A stretch of 64,000 nt of DNA from Planctomycetota bacterium (GTDB taxonomy: Bacteria; Planctomycetota; GCA-002687715; CAIWVZ01), in contig JBGANV010000011.1 of NCBI GenBank assembly GCA_044222185.1, positions 64,001 to 128,000 of the forward strand. The letters run 5' to 3'. The notes beneath the pieces are model-generated. The model searched no databases and had not been told where the DNA came from. It saw nothing but the letters and a program-made list of their open reading frames with translations. The translations under genes were made by a program, and so were the position numbers. Positions 48,947-58,292 of this stretch are shown piece by piece; the first letter of the stretch is position 1; each line of letters opens with the position of its first letter.

Positions 48947-50683
48947 ATGTCGCACCGCCCACTTCTCACCGTGCTCGGATTCGCGTTCGTATCGATCGCC
49001 CTCCACGCCCAGACGACCCGCAACGTCCCCGCGCAGTACCCGACCGTGCAGTCCGCGATCAACGCGTGTGTGAACGGCGACAACGTGCTGGTCGCCCCCG
49101 GCACCTACTCGGGGAACCTGAACTTCCTCGGCAAGGCGATCACCGTCCACAGTGCGCAAGGTTCGGCGGTCACCACGCTCCAGGGGCTGGGATCAATCCG
49201 CGTCGTGACTTTCTCGGCGAACGAGGGACCCAATTCCGTACTCGACGGCTTCACGGTGACGGGCGGTGTCGGAGGGATCGCGTGCCTCAACGCGTCACCG
49301 ACCATCACCAACTGCCGGGTGACGGGGAACATCGCCCCGACGCTCGGACCGTACGGCAACGGCCAGGGTCCGACGCAGACGGGCGCAGGTGGCGGAATCT
49401 ACTGCCAGGCGACGACCGCGAACTCCTCACCGACCCTCTCGAACTGCGTCGTCGAGAACAACGTCGCGATCATCGGTGGTGGGGTGTACATGGAGGCGAG
49501 CGGAACCGGCACGTCGCTGCCCTTCGTTTCCGGTTGCACGCTTCGCAACAACCTCGCCTACCCGTCGGCCTACGGCTACGTGTCGGGGAGCGGCGGCGGA
49601 GCCTACATCAACGGTGCGTCGGCGACTTTCTCGAACTGCACGATCACCGACAACATCTCAGCGCAGAATGGCGGTGGCGGAGTGACGGTCGTCGGTGGTG
49701 CCGCCGTCACCTTCACGCTGATCACGTGCAAGGTGAGAGGCAACCACACGAACGGAACCGGTGGCGGTCTGAGCCTCGCCACCCAGTTCACGCTCACGAA
49801 CTGCATGGTCGTCGACAACTCCGCGACGCAAGACGGAGGGGCGGTGTACGCCAACGGCGCCGGCACCATCCAGGCGACGACCTTGAGCGGAAACACGTCG
49901 GCCGCAACCGCCGGAGGAATCGTCTGTGTCGCCGGCCTCTCGGTCGTCAGCTCGATCGTCTGGGGCAACTCGGGGATCGACATCCTTCGCGACATCTACG
50001 CTCCCTCCGCTTCGGCTCAGTCCGTGAGCTACTCGGACGTCGGCTTCGTCTCGGGGGCGACGTTCGCCAGCGGCGTGATCACCGCCAATCCACGCTTCGT
50101 AGATCCCGCGAACGGCGACTACCACCTCGCCGCGTCGTCACCGTGCCGCAACGCCGGCGTGCCCAACGCCTCCGGCTATCCGACGACGGACACGGACGCC
50201 GGCCCGCGCATCGTCGGACCTTCGATCGACATGGGCGGCGACGAGATTCCCGTCCTGGCACTCCCGGGTTCCAACGAGGACGTGGAACTCTACGGCTACG
50301 TGAACGGCGGCGGAGACCCGCTCGCGTCGTCGCGCGCGGCCGCCGCGGGAAGCATCGCCAGGCTCCTCATGCGGTCGCCCGGTGGGTCGTTCATCGGAAC
50401 GACTCCGCTGGTCGTGGGTCTGCTCTTCCCCTCGAACACGCCCCCCGCGCACCCGGCCGGGCTGCCCCAGGTCTGGGTGAGCGGGCCGATCTTCGTCCTC
50501 CACGGCGCACTCGGCGCCCCACCGTTCACTGTGCCGGGCCTCTCCTCGGCGGGGCTCACGTTCGACTTCGCCGTCCCGCCGGGACTCGGCGGACAGACCG
50601 TTCGCTTCCAGGCACTGGTGGTCTCGCCGAGCGCGTTGAACAGCGCGTTCGCGGTCACGAACGCGACCGACTTCATCCTCTGA
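48947..50683 (+). CDS. Secreted right-handed beta-helix (pectin-lyase-fold, GGAI-repeat) protein with terminal domain
   Basis: AAAGGAG RBS; signal peptide; VPAQYPTVQSAI, GGGIY/GGAVY repeats, PRFVDPANGDYHL...DMG; C-terminal GQTVRFQALVVSP...TNATDFIL. Confidence 0.87.
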   Translation: MSHRPLLTVLGFAFVSIALHAQTTRNVPAQYPTVQSAINACVNGDNVLVAPGTYSGNLNFLGKAITVHSAQGSAVTTLQGLGSIRVVTFSANEGPNSVLDGFTVTGGVGGIACLNASPTITNCRVTGNIAPTLGPYGNGQGPTQTGAGGGIYCQATTANSSPTLSNCVVENNVAIIGGGVYMEASGTGTSLPFVSGCTLRNNLAYPSAYGYVSGSGGGAYINGASATFSNCTITDNISAQNGGGGVTVVGGAAVTFTLITCKVRGNHTNGTGGGLSLATQFTLTNCMVVDNSATQDGGAVYANGAGTIQATTLSGNTSAATAGGIVCVAGLSVVSSIVWGNSGIDILRDIYAPSASAQSVSYSDVGFVSGATFASGVITANPRFVDPANGDYHLAASSPCRNAGVPNASGYPTTDTDAGPRIVGPSIDMGGDEIPVLALPGSNEDVELYGYVNGGGDPLASSRAAAAGSIARLLMRSPGGSFIGTTPLVVGLLFPSNTPPAHPAGLPQVWVSGPIFVLHGALGAPPFTVPGLSSAGLTFDFAVPPGLGGQTVRFQALVVSPSALNSAFAVTNATDFIL

Positions 50684-50710
50684 CGCCAGTCGACGTTCGA
50701 TTCGACACGG

Positions 50711-50738
50711 CGGCCCGCGGGCACTCTCCCGCGGGCCG
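50711..50738. terminator. GC-rich hairpin between convergent genes
   Basis: cggcccgcggg-cactct-cccgcgggccg, an 11-bp perfect stem between the stops at 50683 (+) and 50765 (-). Confidence 0.55.
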
Positions 50739-50764
50739 GCGCCTTCACCGAGACACGAACGCGA

Positions 50765-53700
50765 TCACTGGAACGTGACCGACGCCACGTTCGAGTGCCC
50801 CGTCGGCGTGAACGTCGCCGGGTTGAACGTGCTCGTCAGTCCGTAGAGCGTGATGCCGTTCAGGGCCGGCGTCACGGTGAAGGGCGGCAGCACGAACGAG
50901 GATCCACCGGTCGGATCGAGCTGTCCCACGAACGGCGGAGCGCCGGCGAGGAACTGGTCGATCAGATCCGGCAGGCCGATCGTCAGCCCGAACCAGAAGC
51001 CCGTGCCAGGACTCGTGCCGTTCGTCGGATCGACGGAGAACGCCGAGAAGTACGCGGCGCCCGCGGGTCCGAACGTGTTGACGGCAGCGAGCGAGCCGGT
51101 CCCCAGCGGCTGGGAGAGCGCAAACAGCAGGTCGTACAGCGTGAGCGACGCGGGCGTGCTCGTGACCTGCTGGCCACAGGCGTCCGTGACGACCACCGTG
51201 TAATTGCCGACCGAGCCGGCACCGACGGACGGGATCGTGAAGGTGCTGCCCGTCGCGCCCGAAATCGGGCTGCCGTTCAGGCGCCACTGGTACGTGAGGA
51301 ACCCGATGCCCGTCGCGCTCACCGAGAAGCTCACGGGATGACCGATGACGCCGTTCTGGTTCGCCGGCTGCGTCGTGATCAAGGGCGGCAGGGCGATCAC
51401 CGTGACCGTCTGCGTGCACGTCGCGACGTGGTTCGACGTGTCCAGCACGAGCCAGGTGACCTGGCTGGTGCCGGCGAAGAAGACGGGCGGCGCGTTGTTC
51501 GAGATCGACAGGATCCCACAGTTGTCACTGACGGTCGGCGTCCCGAGTGACACGTTCGTCGCGATGCACTGGCCTGGGATGCTGTTCACGGTCACGTTGG
51601 GTGGACAGGTGATCGTCGGCGCGGCGATGTCGACGATCGTGAACGTGGTCGTGCACGTCGTCGTGTTGCTCGATCCGTCCGTCGCCGTGAACGTGATGGT
51701 GTTCGGCCCCAGATTCCCGATCGAACCCGCGGCGGGTGACTGCGTGATCACGACCGCGCCGCAGTCGTCGGAGGCAACGACGCCCGATCGCAGGTCCGGG
51801 ACCGTCGCATGGCACGCGCCGTCGGCGATCGCCTGCGCGCCTTGTGCGCACGTGGTGATCGTCGGCGCCGTCGTATCGAGGACGGTGAACGTGGCCGAGC
51901 ACGTCGCCGTGTTGTTCGCCGCATCCGTCACCGTGAAGGTCACGGCGTGCGGGCCCAAGCCGGTCGAGCTTCCCGGTGCGGGGACTTGCGACACGGTGAC
52001 CGTGCCGCAGTTGTCCGCGGCGACGACGCCGGCGCGCATGTCCGGGACGGTCGCAGTGCAGGCCGGCCCGGCGGACGCCTGGGCGTTCGGCGCGCACGTC
52101 GTGATCACCGGCGCCGTGACGTCGACGACCGTGAACGTACGCGTGCACGTGGCGGCGTTCGATGCGGCGTCGACCACCGTGAAGGTGATCGTGTGCGGGC
52201 CGATGCCCGTCAGCGTGCCCGCGACCGGCGACTGCGTCACCGTCACGGCACTGCAGTTGTCCGTCGCGACGACGGCCGCGCGCATGTCAGGCACGGTCGC
52301 CTGGCATGACGCGTTGGCGTTCGCCTGGGTGTTCGAGCCGCAGGACGTGATGGTCGGCGCCGTCGTATCGACGACCGTGAAGATCGCCGTGCACGTTGTC
52401 GTGTTGCTCGACCCGTCCGTCACGGTGAACGTCACCGTGTGCGGACCGATACCGACTGCGGTGCCCGCCGTCGGCGACTGCGTCACGGCCACGGCGCCGC
52501 ACACGTCGCTGGCGATCACGCCGCTACGCATGTCGGGCACGTTCGCCTGGCACGTCGCGCCAGCCGATGCCTGAGCGTTCGCCGCGCAGGTCGTGATGAC
52601 CGGAGCGGTGACGTCGATCACCGTGAACGTGCGCGTGCAGGTCGAGCTGTTGCTCGCGGTGTCGGTGGCTGTCAGCGTCACCGTCTGCGGGCCCAGGCCC
52701 ACCAGCGTTCCAGGCGCCGGCGACTGCGACACCGTCACCGCGCTGCAGTTGTCCGTGGCGACGATCGCGGCCCGCATGTCGGGCACGGCGGCCTGGCAGG
52801 ACGCATTGGCGTTCGCCTGTGCGTTCACGCCGCAGTTGGTGATCACGGGGGCCGTCGTGTCGACGACCGTGAACACGCTCGTGCACGTCGTGGAGTTGCT
52901 GCTCGCATCGGTCACCGTGAACGTGATCGTGTGCGGACCAATCCCCTGAACCGATCCGATGCTCGGCGACTGCGAGATCGTCACCGATCCGCAGTTGTCC
53001 GATGCGACGACTCCCGCCCGGAGGTCCGGCAGCGTCGTCTGGCAAGCCGCGTTGGCGCTCGCCTGCGACGCCGGCGCGCAGCTCGTGATCGTCGGCGCGA
53101 CGATATCGATCACCGTGAACGTCGCCGTGCAGGTCGTGCTGTTGCTGGAGGTGTCCGACACGGTGAACGTGACGGTGTGCGGTCCGAAGCCCAGAAGTGT
53201 GCCGGGTGCTGGCGATTGGACGATCGTGACGCTCGTGCATCCGTCCGAAGCCAGGACGCCCGCGCGCATGTCCGGGACCGCGGCCTGGCAGTTCGTGTTG
53301 GCGATGCCCGATGCGTTGGACGCGCATTGCGTGATGACCGGTGCCGTCACGTCCAGGACCGTGAAGGTCGACGTGCAGGTGGACGAATTCGCGTGCGTGT
53401 CCGTCGCCGTGAACGTGATGGTGTGGGGCCCGACGCCCAGCACGGTTCCCGCGATCGGTGACTGCGCGAGAGTCACGCCGCCACAGTTGTCGGTCGCCGA
53501 GACGCCGCTGCGCAGGTCCGGCAGTGTCGCCTGGCACGTGGCGTTGCCGGCCGCCGAGCTGTTCGGGGCGCAGTTCGCAAACACCGGCGCCTGGGTGTCG
53601 TTGACCGTGACGGTGAACGAGCACGTCGTCGTCAGGTTCGCGAAGTCGACGGCCGTGTACGTGACGGTCGTCGTGCCCACGGGAAACGGCGCGCCCGGGC

Positions 53701-55288
53701 TGTGCGTCGACGTGAAGCTCGCGACGGTGCAGTTGTCGGTGGCGGTCGGCGGAGTCCACGAAACGTTCGCCGAGCAAAGGCCGTTCGCGGCGTTGACGAC
53801 GATGTTGGTCGGGCACCCGGTGATGACCGGCGGCACCGTGTCACCGAACAGCGACGTGGAGACCACCCACAGCTCGTTGCCGTGCACGCCGTCCTGCGCC
53901 TGGAAGAAGATGTTGTTGCCGGAGACCTTGAACCCCGCCGGGTTCGCATTGCCGTTGCCGGGGAACACGTCGGCGACGATCAGCGTCGTGGCCAGGGTTC
54001 CGTTGGAGTGGTACGGCTCGTTGCCGATCCCGTTGCCGCCATCGGCGGCGAACATGAGCCCGGAGCCGCAGCCGGTGACGATCGACGTGATGCTCCCCGG
54101 GCTCGCGCTGCCGGATCCCGCGAAGATGTCGCGAACGAGCACCGTGCCGGCATTCGTTCCGTCGCTCTTCCACAGCTCGGCGCCCGTCGAGCCGTCCGAG
54201 GCGCTGAAGTAGGCGACGCCTCCGGACTCGACCATGTTGATGATGCCGGACCCGGGGATCCCGGGGCGGATGTCCTTGACGATCGCCGTGCTGCCGCCGG
54301 GAACGGCTTTCCACAGTTCCAATCCCACGCTTCCGTTGTCGGCCGCGAAGAGGAGGTTTCCGTTCAGCGCGATCATGCTCACCGGGTTCGACGCTTGCGG
54401 ACCCGGGCGAACGTCGAGCGTCACCACGGTGCCGGCAGTCGTTCCGTCCGTCTGCCATAGCTCGTTGCCGATGACGCTGTCGTCGGCCGCGAAGTAGAGC
54501 AGGTTCCCGACGGCGACGAGGTTCGTCGGCGTCGCGTTGGACGCGCCGGGGCGGATGTCCTTCACGAGCTGCGTGCCCGCCGTGGTTCCGTCCGACACCC
54601 AAAGCTCGCGCCCGAGCACGCCATCCGTTGCGGCGAAGAAGAGCCGCGGAGGATTGCACGCCACGGTGATCGAGGTGGGGTTGCTGTTCACGCCTCCGAG
54701 CGGGTCGAACGCGATGTCCTTCACGAGCGTGACGTTGGTGCCGTCGAACCTGTACAACTCGATGCCGAAGGCCGTCGGGCCAGCGGCGATGGCGTTATCG
54801 GCTGCGAAGTACAACGCTCCGTTGTAGACCACGAGTTCGTGGGGGCTGGATCCGGGCGCCCCGGCCGCGAGGTCGAAGACCATCTGCGTTCCAGCGGTCG
54901 TGCCGTCGGTCCGCCAGAGCTCGACGCCGTTGGTCCCGTCCGTCGCCGTGAAGTAGACGAGCGAGTTGAAGAGGATCATGTTCGCGGGCGCTGACGGCTG
55001 CGGGCCCGGATTGATGTCCTTGATCAGAACCGTGCCGCCTACGGTCCCATCGCTCTTCCAGAGCTCGGCCCCGAGGCTGCCGTTGTCGGCCGACATGATC
55101 ATCGCGCCGTTGAAGTTGATGAACTGCGACGGGTTGGACCCGCCGTTGCCGGGACGGATTTCGATGAGCGTCGCCTGTCCGGCAGCGTTAAGCGCCGTCA
55201 ACGTGATTAACGCCGCAACACATGCGGCAACGCGCAGAGTTCCAACGAGCCTGCCGAAACCTGCTGGGAATGACTGATCGCACTGCAT
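50765..55288 (-). CDS. Large surface protein: ELWxxDGT-repeat propeller, 10 HYR-like repeats, Ig domain, terminal domain
   Basis: ELWKSDGT/ELWRTDGT/ELWVSDGT/ELWQTDGT repeats; ten DxxAPxIxxC...DNC repeats; ITTQP...YQWRLNG Ig domain; C-terminal GITLYGL...HSNVASVTFQ. Confidence 0.9.
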   Translation of the reverse strand: MQCDQSFPAGFGRLVGTLRVAACVAALITLTALNAAGQATLIEIRPGNGGSNPSQFINFNGAMIMSADNGSLGAELWKSDGTVGGTVLIKDINPGPQPSAPANMILFNSLVYFTATDGTNGVELWRTDGTTAGTQMVFDLAAGAPGSSPHELVVYNGALYFAADNAIAAGPTAFGIELYRFDGTNVTLVKDIAFDPLGGVNSNPTSITVACNPPRLFFAATDGVLGRELWVSDGTTAGTQLVKDIRPGASNATPTNLVAVGNLLYFAADDSVIGNELWQTDGTTAGTVVTLDVRPGPQASNPVSMIALNGNLLFAADNGSVGLELWKAVPGGSTAIVKDIRPGIPGSGIINMVESGGVAYFSASDGSTGAELWKSDGTNAGTVLVRDIFAGSGSASPGSITSIVTGCGSGLMFAADGGNGIGNEPYHSNGTLATTLIVADVFPGNGNANPAGFKVSGNNIFFQAQDGVHGNELWVVSTSLFGDTVPPVITGCPTNIVVNAANGLCSANVSWTPPTATDNCTVASFTSTHSPGAPFPVGTTTVTYTAVDFANLTTTCSFTVTVNDTQAPVFANCAPNSSAAGNATCQATLPDLRSGVSATDNCGGVTLAQSPIAGTVLGVGPHTITFTATDTHANSSTCTSTFTVLDVTAPVITQCASNASGIANTNCQAAVPDMRAGVLASDGCTSVTIVQSPAPGTLLGFGPHTVTFTVSDTSSNSTTCTATFTVIDIVAPTITSCAPASQASANAACQTTLPDLRAGVVASDNCGSVTISQSPSIGSVQGIGPHTITFTVTDASSNSTTCTSVFTVVDTTAPVITNCGVNAQANANASCQAAVPDMRAAIVATDNCSAVTVSQSPAPGTLVGLGPQTVTLTATDTASNSSTCTRTFTVIDVTAPVITTCAANAQASAGATCQANVPDMRSGVIASDVCGAVAVTQSPTAGTAVGIGPHTVTFTVTDGSSNTTTCTAIFTVVDTTAPTITSCGSNTQANANASCQATVPDMRAAVVATDNCSAVTVTQSPVAGTLTGIGPHTITFTVVDAASNAATCTRTFTVVDVTAPVITTCAPNAQASAGPACTATVPDMRAGVVAADNCGTVTVSQVPAPGSSTGLGPHAVTFTVTDAANNTATCSATFTVLDTTAPTITTCAQGAQAIADGACHATVPDLRSGVVASDDCGAVVITQSPAAGSIGNLGPNTITFTATDGSSNTTTCTTTFTIVDIAAPTITCPPNVTVNSIPGQCIATNVSLGTPTVSDNCGILSISNNAPPVFFAGTSQVTWLVLDTSNHVATCTQTVTVIALPPLITTQPANQNGVIGHPVSFSVSATGIGFLTYQWRLNGSPISGATGSTFTIPSVGAGSVGNYTVVVTDACGQQVTSTPASLTLYDLLFALSQPLGTGSLAAVNTFGPAGAAYFSAFSVDPTNGTSPGTGFWFGLTIGLPDLIDQFLAGAPPFVGQLDPTGGSSFVLPPFTVTPALNGITLYGLTSTFNPATFTPTGHSNVASVTFQ
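51390..53842 (-). repeat. Ten tandem ~246-nt (~82 aa) HYR-like coding repeats
   Basis: Repeat starts DTVPP, DTQAP, DVTAP, DIVAP, DTTAP, DVTAP, DTTAP, DVTAP, DTTAP, DIAAP; each unit carries four Cys. Boundaries approximate. Confidence 0.85.
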
Positions 55289-56090
55289 GAAAGGGACCTC
55301 TTCGACCACGCGATGAGCGAAAGGGACACCGGGCCACTGCGCGCCGGTTCGTTCGCCGATGAGAGATAGAAACCCCAACCTGAGCGAGCGAGATTTCTTT
55401 CGTAACCAACAGGTGCAAAGCAGGTTGACGCATTCTCGGGATGCCCGTTCGGACGGCGATCGGCGCCTCCGTCGCAACGACGAAGAGCGGGGGCGGGGCC
55501 GAAGGTCGCGCACTCCGACGAAGACGGCTTCACACCGGATCAGGCCCCAGGCCCGGCCTCACGCGTCCACCACGCGGAGGCCGGTCCGTTCACGGGGCCA
55601 TGAACTCGAACGGCGCCATCGCAACGCCCGAGCCGAAACCGGAATTCCGGCTCGGACGAGAGCGCGGTCCGAACCGCAGCGACCCATGCGGCGCGCCAGC
55701 GCACGAGACCTCGCGTCGACCCCAGCGCGCCGTGAGACTCGTTGCGCGAGTGGTCCCGCGGCAAATCTCGCGCGGCCGTACCGGTTCACGTCGCGCGGAG
55801 TCCTCCGGGATGCGGAGGCGCAACGTCCTGCTCCCGTCATGCGCAGGCTCGCATCACCCAGCGTGTGCGGTCGCCACGCGAACCGTTGGAACGCTCGTCA
55901 CGACGGCTCGCGAGCCGTTCCTCGGATGCGACGTTTCACGCCATGCCGTTCCCGGTCGACGAGGAGCCGGTCCTGCCCGTCGATGGGCACGGGCCCTTGG
56001 CCGCTGATCGCGCTCGGGTGGCGACGCGACGAGCACGGCGGTCCCGATGACAGGCGGGCAGACGCCGGAGGACACGTCGTGCCCGCGCCG

Positions 56091-58205
56091 TCACGGCACG
56101 TTCAACACGCGATCCTGCGAGATGTGAAACGCGCCATTCGGCGCCGACGTGTCCAGCACGAACCCCTGGAAGTAGAGCGTTGTGCCCGACGGCAAGCCCG
56201 TAGGACCGAACGTGTACGTGAACGTGTAGAGGCCGCATCCATCGGTCGCCGCTGACGGATTCGGCGATGAGAAGACACCGGGTCCGTCGGCGAGCGGCGC
56301 GAACGGCGCGCCGAGCGACACGTTGATCGTCCCGAGGGCGCCCAAGCTCGTGGGGCCGGGCTGCGTCCCCGCGAGCAGAAGCACGAGCCCGCCAACCTTC
56401 GAGCTGAGGATCGTCGCGCCGAACGTGGAGTTGGCGGTCCCGTGGCCGGCGAGCGTCAGGTTGGCGGACTGAGGCACGAGCGCCTGTCGCACGTAGCGCG
56501 TGGTCGTGAGCGGCGCGGCCGAGCCCGGCGCGTTGAACGACGTCAGGATCCCCGAGTTCCCCGACGGCGACTCGATCCCGCGTGTGGCACTCGCCCCACC
56601 GTCGGTCGTCTGAAGGATCGTCGTCGACACGGTGCCAGTCGTCTCGTCGACGATGATCTCGAACGACTCGGGATTGGTGGTGCCGAACCGGTAGACGCCC
56701 GACCACTGCACGGCGAAGCGGCGATTGGGCGGCTGCCCGACGACGCCCCAGGTGATGCTCCCGCTGCCGGGAGGAGCTCCGACGTGAAGGTCGTCCCAAT
56801 ATCCCGCGATGAAACCATCGGGGGCTCCACTCGTCGGGATCGCCACGTTCTGCCAGAGGTTGCCCGCCGTCGACGGCATGTAGAGGTAGCCGTTCGTCGA
56901 GATGCCGATCTGCGTCAGCGTCATGTCGAAGAACGGCAGCGCGAGCCCTCCGGGAAGCGTGACGACCATGCCGATGTCGTCGCCCGTCGGGCCGGGCTGT
57001 CCCACGCCCGTCAACACGACGTGATCGAACGGGACTGACGGGTTCTGCGTGTAGACCGTGGCCGTCGGCACCACGGGCGGCGGCGGGCACGAGTACGGCT
57101 TGTAGGGAATGAGCGTGAACCCTGTCGGCGCACCGCCCACGGCGATGAACGCGAACGTGTACGTCGTCCCCCATCGGATGGCGTTCGCCGTCTGGTTCTG
57201 GAGCCACGTCTCCCCCGCCCATGAGATGGACGAACTCGTGATCGTCGGCGTCCAGTCCGTACCCGAGATGGTCTCGCCCGAGTGGTAATCGACGTCGTGG
57301 AAGTAGGCGCCGAAGACCTGGGTTCCGGGAGTCAGGTCGACGTGGAACTCCTGGCACGCACGTTCGGAGTTCAAGTTGTGGACGGCGTAGACGACCGTCT
57401 GCACGCCGGGGCTCCACGTCGTGACCTTGCGCCCGACGATGAAACGCCCGTCGGGAACGTCGACGTACTGGATCGTCACCAGCGGATCGTAGGCGGCCCA
57501 GGCTTCGATGGCCGCGTGCTGCTGGACGGTCGAACCCGTCAAGGCGAGGGTGTAGTTCCCCGCCGTCCCGCCAACGGTGCACGGACGCCACGACGCGTTG
57601 TTCGCGGTGTTGCCCGCCGTCGCGTCGTCAGGCGTGACGTACTGCCCCTCGGCGATGTAGACGGCACCTGCATTTACCGCCGGATCCAGGTCCGATTCGT
57701 GGACCTGGAGGCGACGGTCGATGATCGTGGCGAACGGCGGCGCGGAGAATGGATAGGGAAACACGCCCGTCGTGGGATTCACCTGCGAACGAGGCCCGAG
57801 GATCGGCTGGTTTCCATTGGTCCCCGAGCCGTAGGGATCGGAGCACCCGACGCCCATGATCTGGCTGTTGTTCGGGTTCTGGCACGTGCCGCAGAGGTTG
57901 CCCGTCGACGAGCCGAATCCGTGCTTCACCCACGACATTCCGACCTGCTCGAACCGACCGTTCAGGATCCGGAACAAGCTCTGGGAGATGGCGGGGTGGT
58001 GGTTCGTCGCGGCCTCCCACGGCATGGGCTGGCTGCCCACGTTGCACGACGTCGTACCGAGCGCGAAAGCGGCGATGCCGCCGATCGACCCGTAGTTCGT
58101 GGGCGCGGTGAGGTCGCCGACGATGACGTCAGGACCCACGCCTTGAGCGAGCGATGTGAACGCCGTGACGGACGCGACGGTGAGCGCGGCGACGATGGGT
58201 TTCAT
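56091..58205 (-). CDS. Secreted multidomain protein with Cys/His-containing N-terminal domain (lysyl-oxidase-like motifs) and terminal domain
   Basis: GAGG RBS; signal MKPIVAALTVASVTAFTSLAQ; PDVIVGD, TTSCNVG, HHP, WVKHGF, GCSDPY; middle IAGYWDDL (nidogen-like) segment; C-terminal GTTLYFQGFVLD...ISQDRVLNVP. Confidence 0.82.
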   Translation of the reverse strand: MKPIVAALTVASVTAFTSLAQGVGPDVIVGDLTAPTNYGSIGGIAAFALGTTSCNVGSQPMPWEAATNHHPAISQSLFRILNGRFEQVGMSWVKHGFGSSTGNLCGTCQNPNNSQIMGVGCSDPYGSGTNGNQPILGPRSQVNPTTGVFPYPFSAPPFATIIDRRLQVHESDLDPAVNAGAVYIAEGQYVTPDDATAGNTANNASWRPCTVGGTAGNYTLALTGSTVQQHAAIEAWAAYDPLVTIQYVDVPDGRFIVGRKVTTWSPGVQTVVYAVHNLNSERACQEFHVDLTPGTQVFGAYFHDVDYHSGETISGTDWTPTITSSSISWAGETWLQNQTANAIRWGTTYTFAFIAVGGAPTGFTLIPYKPYSCPPPPVVPTATVYTQNPSVPFDHVVLTGVGQPGPTGDDIGMVVTLPGGLALPFFDMTLTQIGISTNGYLYMPSTAGNLWQNVAIPTSGAPDGFIAGYWDDLHVGAPPGSGSITWGVVGQPPNRRFAVQWSGVYRFGTTNPESFEIIVDETTGTVSTTILQTTDGGASATRGIESPSGNSGILTSFNAPGSAAPLTTTRYVRQALVPQSANLTLAGHGTANSTFGATILSSKVGGLVLLLAGTQPGPTSLGALGTINVSLGAPFAPLADGPGVFSSPNPSAATDGCGLYTFTYTFGPTGLPSGTTLYFQGFVLDTSAPNGAFHISQDRVLNVP

Positions 58206-58292
58206 GAGTGTCCTCGGGAGGGCCGCGAGTCTACCCGGGAACCCAAAGGCGTGCCGTCGATGCGGGAATGGCCGCCGCGTTCCGCACCGCCG

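Noticed and set aside
51390-53842. Regularly spaced DNA repeats considered as a CRISPR array or diversity-generating element
   Set aside because: They are degenerate, in-frame ~246-nt coding repeats with no spacer structure, and no cas or reverse transcriptase gene is nearby.
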